IMG/VR virus record: IMGVR_UViG_2778261570_000016
Direction: 5' to 3' (one strand)
DNA: 27,732 nt
Origin: a virus
Taxonomy: Duplodnaviria; Heunggongvirae; Uroviricota; Caudoviricetes
The position numbers were made by a program, and so were the translations under genes. Positions 7,939 through 16,488 of the stretch are shown here, piece by piece. How positions within the stretch are numbered: position 1 is the stretch's first letter; each line of letters opens with the position of its first letter. A model generated the notes under the pieces. It saw only the letters and a list, made by a program, of their open reading frames with translations, ran no database searches and was not told the DNA's origin.

Positions 7939-8716
7939 GGTTCTGACGGATGCCGTTAACTACTACGTAAATCACGGGTGGGATAGCGAAAAATCATTGC
8001 TCGAATGGTGCCGGAAACTCCGTGTAGCCGCTCAGCGAGAAACCCCTGATGATACCGTAGCCAGAAAACATCTCACCGCTATCTACAGCCGTCTTGTCAT
8101 CGACGGCGGGGCATTACGGGATCAGCCTCCTGACGGCCCTAAAAAAATCACTGTTGAAAAACTGAAACCTGAGTTTCGCAAGGAACTCGACAGGCGAATT
8201 TTCGCCAGTGCCAACCTGATAAAACTCAACCGCGAACAGGCTATCGAGAAAACCATACAGCGTTTTCAGGGATGGGTTACGTCCATTCCGCCTGACGGGG
8301 TGAGCGAAATTGATCGCCGGGAAGTGAAGTCCGGTTTTCAGAAGTCCGTGAAGGATATGGATTTTATCAGTCGTCGGGTGGCAATTGACCAGGGGCATAA
8401 GCTGGCAAGCAACGTTAAGTATCTGCTGGCTGTTCAGAGTGGAGCGATTGCTCTGCGCTGGCATTCGAACTGGCGGCGCCCGGGCTACAAATACCGACAG
8501 GACCACAAAGAGCGCGACGAGAAAATTTATCTCCTTCGCGATTCGTGGGCGCTGGAGCAGGGGCTGATTAAGCCCGTATATGGTTTTTATGACGAAATCA
8601 CTGCTGCCGGGGAGGAGGTTTATTGCAGTTGCGATGCTCTGCCGATCTACGCCCCTCAGAAACTACCCGACGAATTTTTAACGGAGAAGGGCAAACGTGA
8701 GTTTAACCGAGCTTGA
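7883..8716 (+). CDS. Head morphogenesis protein (MuF / SPP1 gp7-like minor head protein)
   Basis: Position after the portal; ATG at 7883 with AGGAG upstream chosen over the longer frame start at 7745, which would overlap the portal by about 190 nt. Confidence 0.6.
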   Translation: MAISSRAVRKKKRIRTLYEVLTDAVNYYVNHGWDSEKSLLEWCRKLRVAAQRETPDDTVARKHLTAIYSRLVIDGGALRDQPPDGPKKITVEKLKPEFRKELDRRIFASANLIKLNREQAIEKTIQRFQGWVTSIPPDGVSEIDRREVKSGFQKSVKDMDFISRRVAIDQGHKLASNVKYLLAVQSGAIALRWHSNWRRPGYKYRQDHKERDEKIYLLRDSWALEQGLIKPVYGFYDEITAAGEEVYCSCDALPIYAPQKLPDEFLTEKGKREFNRA

Positions 8717-10019
8717 AGTGGCAGAACGCATCAGGGACGGAACCGTACCGTCTCCGGTGAAATTCTCCAACATGTGGCTGGTGAATTTGCGCATAACCGG
8801 AACCGGGCTTGCCTATCGCGCCGGGCTGAAAGAGCACGTCTGGCGTGATCCAAAGCTCTATCTGAACGAGGAGTTTTTAAGGCGATGCAATGGCCTTCCG
8901 GTTATCGCAAACCATCCTGACGACGCAGTTCTGACGGAGGAGGATTTTAAATCGCGGATCGTCGGTAGCGTCATGCTGCCGTATATCCGGGGTGATGAGG
9001 TATGGGCGGTGTGCCGCGTTTACCTCCAGAGCATTGTTGAAGAAATCGCTGAGGGGGATGTTTCGACAAGCCCGTCGGTGGTGTTCAACAGCACATCAGG
9101 AAATGTGGAAGTACAGGAAGGTGACACCAATTTTTTAATCGAAGGCGTTCCTTTCCTTGTTGATCACATCGCCCTGGTGACGAAAGACCACGGCTCGCTG
9201 GGCGTGTGGGATAAAGACCGGATCCCCGCAGGGGTTGAAGTGACAAACACAGGTGAAATCGAGATGGAAAAAGAAGAACTCCAGGCCCTGTTACAGGGGG
9301 TTGTGAGCGATGCCCTGCAAGGCATTAATCAGAAAATCGATGGTGTCGTTACGCGCATGGACTCACTGGAACAGCGGGACAAAGCGCGGGCGGATGCCGA
9401 AGAGCAGGCGAAAAAAGAGGCCGAAGAAAAGGCCAAAGCCGATGAAGCCGCAGAGGAACAGCGTAAAGCTGATGAAGCTGCGGCAAAGGAGGCGGAAGAA
9501 AAAGCCAAAGCTGACGAGGCGGCAGCTAAAGACGCTGAGGAGAAAGCAAAGGCTGATTCCGAAGCAGAAGAACAGCGTAAGGCCGACGAGGAGGCAGAAA
9601 AAGAACGCAATGATTCTGCCCTGGCAGAAGCGCAGGCAAAAGCCGACTCCGCATTCAGTGCCTGCGGTAAAAACGCGCCAGCACCGTTTTCTGGTGAAAA
9701 TGCGCTGGACTACCGCAAGCGTGCGCTTATCGCTATGCAGAAACACTCTCCGGCACATAAGGACGTCAATATTCGCGCGATTGCGGATTCTGCAACGCTG
9801 GCTGTGCTTGAAGACGCAATTTTCAGTGCCGCCCGTCAGTCCATCGAAAAAGAAATGATGAGTACGCAGGGGCAACTGCATAAACGCATCCGCAACGACG
9901 AAGCCGGGCGTCGCATTACTGAATATCAGGGCGATCCGAATGTCTGGCTGAGTGCCTTCAAAATTCCGGGGCGTCGTCTGGCAAAAATTAACACTCAAGG
10001 GAGCCTGAACAATGGCTGA
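8697..10019 (+). CDS. Putative scaffolding / prohead protease-like protein with central charged coiled-coil repeat
   Basis: GTG start with GGAGAAGG RBS; N-terminal globular region, then a roughly 80 aa K/A/E-rich repeat, then a C-terminal domain; sits between the head morphogenesis and capsid genes. Confidence 0.55.
   Translation: MSLTELEVAERIRDGTVPSPVKFSNMWLVNLRITGTGLAYRAGLKEHVWRDPKLYLNEEFLRRCNGLPVIANHPDDAVLTEEDFKSRIVGSVMLPYIRGDEVWAVCRVYLQSIVEEIAEGDVSTSPSVVFNSTSGNVEVQEGDTNFLIEGVPFLVDHIALVTKDHGSLGVWDKDRIPAGVEVTNTGEIEMEKEELQALLQGVVSDALQGINQKIDGVVTRMDSLEQRDKARADAEEQAKKEAEEKAKADEAAEEQRKADEAAAKEAEEKAKADEAAAKDAEEKAKADSEAEEQRKADEEAEKERNDSALAEAQAKADSAFSACGKNAPAPFSGENALDYRKRALIAMQKHSPAHKDVNIRAIADSATLAVLEDAIFSAARQSIEKEMMSTQGQLHKRIRNDEAGRRITEYQGDPNVWLSAFKIPGRRLAKINTQGSLNNG
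9370..9610 (+). repeat. Imperfect tandem coding repeat (EEKAKADEAA / EEQRKADEAA units)
   Basis: Repeated GAAGAAAAAGCCAAAGCTGA(C/T)GA(A/G)GC-type units seen in the sequence; generates spurious alternative-frame ORFs on both strands. Confidence 0.6.
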
Positions 10020-10629
10020 TATTAACTTTCATCCGTTTAAAAACCGTGGGGCATTTGGTGGCCTTTTTAACGTCGAATCCCGTGGGCTGATGCAGGGCGA
10101 TGCGCAGGATGATCCGGCAATTCGTCTGCAACTTTGCTCCGGTCGACTGGACAGCAAAATCACTGAACCGGTATGGGGCGGTGTCGGAGTTATGGAGTGC
10201 ATCGCTACCGCGAAAGACAGTGTTAACGGCGCGGTTATCAAGCAGGCCACGAAGGACGCCTGTAACGCCTTTACGGTCTTTAATCAGGCATTTCATGGCA
10301 TTACCACGCCGGATAATCCGGTGCCGTTATATCTCGCGGGTGGTTTTGTTCACTATTACCGCGTTGGCTCAGGCGCCCGCATTCCTCTCCCGGTCAGTGC
10401 TGATGTGGTTGCGCTGGCCGATGGCAATAACACCGTTGCGGCCAGTGGTTTTGTGTGGGATCTGACAAATAACGTCATTGATGTTTACACGGGAACGCCG
10501 GGGGCTAATCCGAAAGTGGACATTAAGCTGTTGATGGTTTCAGTTGACGGAAACATGACGGTAAAAAAAGAAAGTGGCGGTAACGTTGTCTGGGAAATCG
10601 GCAAGCCGTGCGGCCTGTTTTTAATTTAA
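10012..10629 (+). CDS. Hypothetical head-associated protein (205 aa)
   Basis: GGGAG RBS; located between the scaffold-like and major capsid genes; no motif recognised. Confidence 0.5.
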   Translation: MADINFHPFKNRGAFGGLFNVESRGLMQGDAQDDPAIRLQLCSGRLDSKITEPVWGGVGVMECIATAKDSVNGAVIKQATKDACNAFTVFNQAFHGITTPDNPVPLYLAGGFVHYYRVGSGARIPLPVSADVVALADGNNTVAASGFVWDLTNNVIDVYTGTPGANPKVDIKLLMVSVDGNMTVKKESGGNVVWEIGKPCGLFLI

Positions 10630-10643
10630 GGGGATATTAATTA

Positions 10644-11672
10644 ATGAGCGCATTTACTCCCGCGACAACTTTTGTGTCGCCGTCAATGGTGCTGCCGGAA
10701 ATGATCGTGCAACAGAGCATGGCTTCCGGTGCGTTTGAAGTCCTGGCTGGTGGTGCTCCAGCGGTAAAAATCAGTTCCAGTGATTTGATGGTCTATCAGA
10801 AATATTTGCGTATGACCTCGCAGGCGCAGGTCAGCCAGTCTCTGCCGGGCCAGTTACCGTCTTCCAGTATCTCTGGCGGCTATGACGGGATGATGACTTA
10901 CCGAATTTCTTCCCGCTCGCAATACAGCTATCTCGATACTGATGCAGCAGATCGCTGGGGCTATTCTCTGATTGAAGGGCTGCGCCTGGCTAACCGCCAG
11001 GGACACGCTCAAATGTTGCGTAATATGCTGCTGTATGGCGTGAATGCAGCTAATAACGAGGGGATCACCAACTCCCCGAACGCAGTGACGCTGAATCTGG
11101 GCAACGACAGCAAAGGTAACGATTCGTACACCACCTGGGATTCCGGCGAGATGGCTAAATTTATGCTTGGCCTGATTGCTGACCAGAAAACCCGCATGTT
11201 GCTGCTGGGGCAGCCATTAACAACTGTCATTCTGAGTCCGCAGCGATTCATGAAGGCGCTGGAGTGGACAGGAATTATTGAGCTGACCAGTTACCAGCGT
11301 CCTGGTGGCGGTACCGGAACGGTGGGAACGATGGTTAAAGATGTTGCTGATAAGGCGACAGGAGATGACATCATTTTCTGCCAGGACGACACGCTGATCG
11401 GTAAAGGTGCTGGTGGTAATGACCTGATCATCGTTACGAACCCGACGATTGAGGTGCCGGAAGCGCGTCACGCCATTAACACCAATATTTTCTCCACGCT
11501 GGTCCCTAACCAGCAGGCCGTCAACGTGATGTTCTGCGACATGGCAGCGCCGACGGAAATCCCGTCCCCTATGCCGGATGGCGGCCTGACCACGTTGTAT
11601 ACCATGCGCGCGACGCCGGGCTGGAACTTCCGCCCGGAGGGGATCACCCTGTTGTCTGCCAAATACGCATAA
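10644..11672 (+). CDS. Major capsid protein
   Basis: 342 aa; position after the scaffold-like gene; AAGGGGA RBS; followed immediately by a strong terminator, typical of highly expressed coat genes. Confidence 0.75.
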   Translation: MSAFTPATTFVSPSMVLPEMIVQQSMASGAFEVLAGGAPAVKISSSDLMVYQKYLRMTSQAQVSQSLPGQLPSSSISGGYDGMMTYRISSRSQYSYLDTDAADRWGYSLIEGLRLANRQGHAQMLRNMLLYGVNAANNEGITNSPNAVTLNLGNDSKGNDSYTTWDSGEMAKFMLGLIADQKTRMLLLGQPLTTVILSPQRFMKALEWTGIIELTSYQRPGGGTGTVGTMVKDVADKATGDDIIFCQDDTLIGKGAGGNDLIIVTNPTIEVPEARHAINTNIFSTLVPNQQAVNVMFCDMAAPTEIPSPMPDGGLTTLYTMRATPGWNFRPEGITLLSAKYA

Positions 11673-11689
11673 ACGTTCAACCTGATAAC

Positions 11690-11717
11690 GCGGGGAGCTA
11701 AATGCTCCCCTTTTTTG
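11690..11717 (+). terminator. Rho-independent terminator after the capsid gene
   Basis: GGGGAGC-taaat-GCTCCCC stem-loop followed by TTTTTT. Confidence 0.7.
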
Positions 11718-11729
11718 TGGGAAAAATTT

Positions 11730-12200
11730 ATGAAGCTCTACATCGCTAACTGCTCACGTCAGCCGCACACGTTCAACTACAAACTCCCCGAAAAAACGCA
11801 GTCGTTCGGTGTGACAATTCCGTCCGGACGTCAGCATATGATCGAAAATCAGTCCGATATTATCGACCACATTATCCGACAGCATGAACCTTACGGGTTC
11901 CAGCGTTGTGACAAGGTGGACAAGAATTTTTCCGGTATCTGCTATTCCATCGATAAACCTGTGAGCGTTGGTCGTATTGAGGATTGCGCGGAGCAGAAAA
12001 CGGAAAATCTGGAATCCATGTCAGAGGAAATTCTTGCGGCCAGCGCCATATCGCTGAATAACGCAGTGGATCAGGCAGTGATTCAGAGCGGCGAAAAACC
12101 TCAACCTGGCGGTATTGAGATGGAAATCACCGGGGAGGCGGTCAACACCGAACAGGAAAATCCGCCCAGCACAAAACGAAATATTAGGGTTAAAAAATAA
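11730..12200 (+). CDS. Hypothetical head completion / head-tail joining protein
   Basis: ATG at 11730 (the frame start at 11715 lies inside the terminator T-run); acidic C-terminus; position. Confidence 0.5.
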   Translation: MKLYIANCSRQPHTFNYKLPEKTQSFGVTIPSGRQHMIENQSDIIDHIIRQHEPYGFQRCDKVDKNFSGICYSIDKPVSVGRIEDCAEQKTENLESMSEEILAASAISLNNAVDQAVIQSGEKPQPGGIEMEITGEAVNTEQENPPSTKRNIRVKK

Positions 12201-12640
12201 TGCCCCTGCGTCCCTCACTGGAGGGATTTATTCGCTTCGTTCGTGATGACATGAAAGTACCGGTTCACGCTATTGCTGACGATGATCCGACGCTGGAATG
12301 TTGCTTTCAGTCTGCGATGGAGCTAATCCCTCACGATCAGGGGCTGGAGCGTTTACCCGTTATCTATGTGCGAACGGTTTATAACGCTGCCGCCTCATTC
12401 CTCCTGAATTTCGCCCCTGGTTCGTGGTTTGCCGACCTGCGAAAAAAACTCAACCTTGGGAAGCTGGCTACCGGGATTATCAGCGCGGCAGCAGACCAGG
12501 GGACATCGGGTTCGATCACCATCAGCGACGCGCTGAGTAATCTGTCTTTGCTGGATTTGCAGATGTTACAGGATCCGTATGGGCGACAGGTTGTTGCGGT
12601 GCTGATGCAGATGGGCACGGTATGGGGGTACACGCCATGA
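12200..12640 (+). CDS. Hypothetical head-tail joining protein
   Basis: TAATG overlap with the upstream stop; position between the capsid and sheath genes. Confidence 0.5.
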   Translation: MPLRPSLEGFIRFVRDDMKVPVHAIADDDPTLECCFQSAMELIPHDQGLERLPVIYVRTVYNAAASFLLNFAPGSWFADLRKKLNLGKLATGIISAAADQGTSGSITISDALSNLSLLDLQMLQDPYGRQVVAVLMQMGTVWGYTP

Positions 12641-13077
12641 AACTTTGTTTTGGTGTTGTTGACCAGCCGTATGACTACGGCGACGAACCGGGGAAAACCA
12701 CGTTCGACGTGGCCTGTGACCTCGAGGAGAGATACGAAATTTTTACGCACTTCTGGGAAATGCATAAGGACGAGATTATCCAGGAGGCAGGTACTGAACT
12801 GGCGTACCAGTTGGTCAATCACCTTAAGCATAAGGCTCCGCTACCAGGCGAGCATTTTCTGGAAGGGACCGGGAAGATTTTCCATATTTTTCTTGAAACT
12901 GAAGAAATGGCCGGGATGACGATTAACGGAAACCCTGTGCCAACTCAGGCCGCGCTACTGGGCGTTAACTCCAGGCTTAAGGACAAATATACCGGAGAGC
13001 GACGTCCGTCATTCATAGACGGCGGCCTGTTTAAGGGCAGCTTTATAGCGTGGATAGATAATAATGCCGAGTCTTGA
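12637..13077 (+). CDS. Hypothetical head-tail joining protein
   Basis: ATGA overlap with the upstream stop (translational coupling); position. Confidence 0.5.
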   Translation: MKLCFGVVDQPYDYGDEPGKTTFDVACDLEERYEIFTHFWEMHKDEIIQEAGTELAYQLVNHLKHKAPLPGEHFLEGTGKIFHIFLETEEMAGMTINGNPVPTQAALLGVNSRLKDKYTGERRPSFIDGGLFKGSFIAWIDNNAES

Positions 13078-14008
13078 GGAATTAGCCGAACAGCACAGTT
13101 CGCAGCTCTCGTCCGTTCTTAAATCCGCAGTTGAAACCATCTCGTCAGACCAGGAAATCACGTTCAGGCTCTATGTCCGGCAGGTTCTGCCGCTGGATGG
13201 CTTTGTCTATTGGGTTAATGCGGAAATCATCAGTTGCGATGAACTGTGTCGCCTGAATATTGAGTCACCAACTCGTCTGAAAATCAAAGGCAGCCTGCAT
13301 CGTCAGGTTATTGCGATTCAGGACGAGTCTGTCTCGAAGGATGTGAACAACATTATTTTCACGCCTGTTCAGCAGGTTGATGATTTTAATGTGGAAAATC
13401 CCGATGCGATCTATCTCGGTGAGTACGGCGGCGTCCAGTTCGCTTTTTCTCGAATGGAGAGCCGCTATCAGCAGTCGGGTATTTTTCATTATCGCGGCAT
13501 GGCGATTTTGCCAACCATGCGTTCCCAGATTATCGACTGCGAGGAGGATATCAGCGACGAGCAGATCATCTCCAACAGCATTCCGATCTGGCTGCAAATG
13601 AAAGATGCCGCGACCGTGTATCCGTCTTACCTGGTACCTCAGAACCTTCGTCCTCCGTATATCGCGGTGGATGTTCGCAACAGTATTCCGTTGCAGGTGG
13701 CTCCCGTTGTTTTCGGTGGTGAGCGATTCCAGCTCGTCCAGGATTCGGTTCGCCTGACGCTTTACGGATTCAGTAACAAAATGGCGCTGGATCTTGTCGA
13801 CTCGGTGGTGAACAGGGCGCTGGAGGAGGAAAAGTTTGGTGTAACCAATATTCCGGTGGTTCAGGACGCAAAGTCGGGACAGGTTGAAATCAACGCTCTG
13901 GCGAAGAAAAAGATTGTCGATTTTGACGTGAATTACTACCAGAGCACCGCCCGGGAAATATCCCGGCAGTTGATTGAAAAAGTTATTTGTAAATATGAGG
14001 TTAAATAA
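13064..14008 (+). CDS. Hypothetical tail completion / neck protein
   Basis: 314 aa directly upstream of the sheath gene; stop overlaps the sheath start (TAATG). Confidence 0.5.
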   Translation: MPSLEELAEQHSSQLSSVLKSAVETISSDQEITFRLYVRQVLPLDGFVYWVNAEIISCDELCRLNIESPTRLKIKGSLHRQVIAIQDESVSKDVNNIIFTPVQQVDDFNVENPDAIYLGEYGGVQFAFSRMESRYQQSGIFHYRGMAILPTMRSQIIDCEEDISDEQIISNSIPIWLQMKDAATVYPSYLVPQNLRPPYIAVDVRNSIPLQVAPVVFGGERFQLVQDSVRLTLYGFSNKMALDLVDSVVNRALEEEKFGVTNIPVVQDAKSGQVEINALAKKKIVDFDVNYYQSTAREISRQLIEKVICKYEVK

Positions 14009-15345
14009 TGGGATTTAATATCGTCACGGTGAATGTGTCCCAGACCATCGGGGCCATACCCTCGAATTTGCAGCAGATGTCTGCGGTTCTCTCGTTTGGC
14101 TCCACGACTCATGAGCCGGGGAAGCCTGTATTACTCACCCGTAATCAGGATATTAACGATCTGGTAAGAAATCCGATTGCTGCGTTGTCGGCGGCTGCTG
14201 CAGGAAAATCTGTGGCAAACGTCACCGTTACGATGACGCTTCCGGAAGGGAGCAACATCCGACGCGAAAACAGTTCTGAGGTGAAAATTGTTGTTTCCGG
14301 GTGTTCGCCCGACGCGTGGAATGGCAAATATACTGCTACCGTCACGGATGAAAAAACACTGACCTGGACGATTGCTGATTCTCAGCTTTCCGGTTCGCCA
14401 GTGACACTGGGGCAGTTTTCCATTGTCGGCAGTGAAAATCTGGTGACGGCAGTAAACACGTTTTTTGCCCAGGGAAATTCAGTCGGGATTTACCTGCTGG
14501 AGCTGGGAGTACAGAAAGGCGGGGTCAGTAAGGAAATCGCTGCACTGAAAGCTTATATGGAAGATCCGCTCCTGCGTTTTTATGCGTATCTGGTGCCGCA
14601 GCCGTGGGATGGTGACGCAGAATTTATCAGTCTGGCAAAACTCCACACCGCCAACGAAGCGATGCAGTATTTCTTCGTGCTGACGAAAACGCCAGACGAC
14701 ACGAATTACGTTTCGCCTTATGCCGGTATTAAGTCGGTTATTGCAACGGCGGATGATACGTACCCGGCGACAAACGCGGCAGCAGCCGTAATGTGGAACT
14801 ATGTTTCCGCATCACCTTCAGAAATCAACAAGGTGCCGCCGATGGCATTTCGCTATCTGCAGGCGGTAAACGCCCACAAGGGCAAAAATTCCATTCTGGC
14901 CACGATGACAAAGCAGAATATTAACTACGTCGATACGGGTGCTGAGGGTGGAATTTCCAACACGATTCTGGTGAAAGGCGTTACCAGTGACGGTAACGAT
15001 ATGACGTACTGGTATTCCGTAGACTGGGTGCAGATTAACGTCGATATGCAGCTCGCCAACACGGTGATCAACGGCAGCAATAACCCAATTAACCCGCTTT
15101 ACTACAACCAGGACGGAATCGACCGTCTACAGCAGGTCGCACAGGCGGTGTTCAATACGGGCGTATCTTACGGCCTGGTCAACGGCCAGCCTGTCGTCGA
15201 TGCAGTGCCTTTCCGCCAGTATATCAACACTAATCCGAATGATTACGGTATCGGGCGTTATGCAGGCCTTTCGGCCTCCTATACGCCGATGCGCGGATTT
15301 GTCGAAATCATTTTTAACATCAATGTGACAATGCAGCTTTCGTGA
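14008..15345 (+). CDS. Tail sheath protein (contractile tail)
   Basis: 445 aa gene immediately upstream of a tube-sized gene, a frameshifted chaperone pair and the tape measure; the canonical myovirus order. Confidence 0.6.
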   Translation: MGFNIVTVNVSQTIGAIPSNLQQMSAVLSFGSTTHEPGKPVLLTRNQDINDLVRNPIAALSAAAAGKSVANVTVTMTLPEGSNIRRENSSEVKIVVSGCSPDAWNGKYTATVTDEKTLTWTIADSQLSGSPVTLGQFSIVGSENLVTAVNTFFAQGNSVGIYLLELGVQKGGVSKEIAALKAYMEDPLLRFYAYLVPQPWDGDAEFISLAKLHTANEAMQYFFVLTKTPDDTNYVSPYAGIKSVIATADDTYPATNAAAAVMWNYVSASPSEINKVPPMAFRYLQAVNAHKGKNSILATMTKQNINYVDTGAEGGISNTILVKGVTSDGNDMTYWYSVDWVQINVDMQLANTVINGSNNPINPLYYNQDGIDRLQQVAQAVFNTGVSYGLVNGQPVVDAVPFRQYINTNPNDYGIGRYAGLSASYTPMRGFVEIIFNINVTMQLS

Positions 15346-15356
15346 GGGACTGAACC

Positions 15357-15800
15357 GTGCCTAATCCAATGATCCCCGTTGGCACCCTTAACCGGGTTCG
15401 CGCCAGCGTTAAATTCACCTCTCATCCCGAACTGAATGTGTCCGCCTCATTTCTGGCAAAAGAAGGCGTCGAATTGTCCTTTCAGGGCAATATCACGGAG
15501 TTTTTACCCGCTATGACGGGAGCCGTGCAGTCGCCGCAGCCATACATGATTTTACAGGCGCGTGTTCATCTGTTGCGTAGCCAGGCGCTGGGAAAACAAT
15601 TCAAGGCGCAATGGGAAAAGAATGCCACGATCGGCCACGCAAAAGTGTATAGCGACAGCACGGTATTCGGTGACTTCGATATCTATAACACGGCGATCAC
15701 CAACGTGCAGGATATGACCTTCGCCGGGGGCGAGCCGGGTGTGGCCATCACCATTACCGGTACGTATTACATCAACTCTGAAATGTGGGATCTGGTATGA
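15357..15800 (+). CDS. Tail tube protein
   Basis: 147 aa; between sheath and chaperone; GTG start with AGGGA RBS (alternative ATG at 15369). Confidence 0.55.
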   Translation: MPNPMIPVGTLNRVRASVKFTSHPELNVSASFLAKEGVELSFQGNITEFLPAMTGAVQSPQPYMILQARVHLLRSQALGKQFKAQWEKNATIGHAKVYSDSTVFGDFDIYNTAITNVQDMTFAGGEPGVAITITGTYYINSEMWDLV

Positions 15801-16414
15801 AAATCTCCCGAAATCTGAATCTGATTATTCCTGTCCGGACAGAAAAGGGTAACGGCTGGATCCATGCCACGCCGATCAGCAAAGAGGTGTTTAAAGAGCA
15901 TTTCTTCATTCTGAGTAAAACTTTTTCTGCCATTTTTTCTGAAGGTCTTGGCGTCGTTGCGGGTCCGCGTATCGCCTGCCTTATGCTGGAACGGATCTCC
16001 TCAGATATGAACATCTGGGATGGCGAAAAGGGCGTTCGTAATACGCTCGTGAATGAAATCATTCGCCTTGCGAATCTGGTTTACCCAGTCGAAGGGAAAG
16101 GTTATGACACGCTCCCGCTTGATATGGCGCTGGAGCGCGGCATCGTTGAATTTGATGATGTGGCAGGTGAACTCGTTTTTTTTACATGCGTCTCGTCGAT
16201 AAACACACCGGAGCAGACGGAGCAGATGATGCTGGCAGTCAGTGGAATGTGGAACAGTCGCACTTCATCCTTGAGTCTTACGGAATGGATTGCTTCATTG
16301 CCGACATTGAAGCCTGTCGCCAGTTCTGGCGCGACGGCGAGCACGTTATCAGCGACATCCTCGACTACTCAGCCGGAGACGGATTCAGCGACATCTGGGC
16401 AAATTCCGGTCTGA
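15797..16414 (+). CDS. Tail assembly chaperone (zero-frame product)
   Basis: ATGA overlap with the tube stop; located immediately upstream of the tape measure; contains a slippery T-run with an overlapping -1 frame. Confidence 0.6.
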   Translation: MKISRNLNLIIPVRTEKGNGWIHATPISKEVFKEHFFILSKTFSAIFSEGLGVVAGPRIACLMLERISSDMNIWDGEKGVRNTLVNEIIRLANLVYPVEGKGYDTLPLDMALERGIVEFDDVAGELVFFTCVSSINTPEQTEQMMLAVSGMWNSRTSSLSLTEWIASLPTLKPVASSGATASTLSATSSTTQPETDSATSGQIPV

Positions 16415-16488
16415 ATGTAAAAACAGCAGCTCAGTTTCGTGAGCTGCGTAAATGCACGACGCCGGGAGGGATATTGAATGTCAGGTAA
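16171..16488 (+). CDS. Tail assembly chaperone -1 frameshift extension (G-T-like fusion C-terminal part)
   Basis: -1 frame open from just upstream of the slippery site to 16488; the ORF-track entry 16186..16488 has no RBS of its own and is embedded. Confidence 0.45.
   Translation, partial: TRFFYMRLVDKHTGADGADDAGSQWNVEQSHFILESYGMDCFIADIEACRQFWRDGEHVISDILDYSAGDGFSDIWANSGLNVKTAAQFRELRKCTTPGGILNVR
16177..16183 (+). other. Candidate -1 programmed ribosomal frameshift slippery heptamer T TTT TTT
   Basis: In the chaperone frame the codons are GTT TTT TTT ACA. The -1 frame has a TGA at 16168-16170 and is then open through to 16488, overlapping the tape measure start. Confidence 0.5.

Noticed and set aside
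9310-9998. ORFs 9310..9858 (+), 9329..9610 (-) and 9363..9998 (-) with highly biased Arg/Lys- or Ser/Ala-rich translations
   Set aside because: Alternative-frame or antisense readings of the K/A/E-rich coding repeat inside the scaffold-like gene; low-complexity translations without start context.
16186-16488. ORF 16186..16488 as an independent 100 aa gene
   Set aside because: No RBS, embedded in the chaperone gene and immediately downstream of a slippery T7 heptamer; better explained as the -1 frameshift extension of the tail assembly chaperone.
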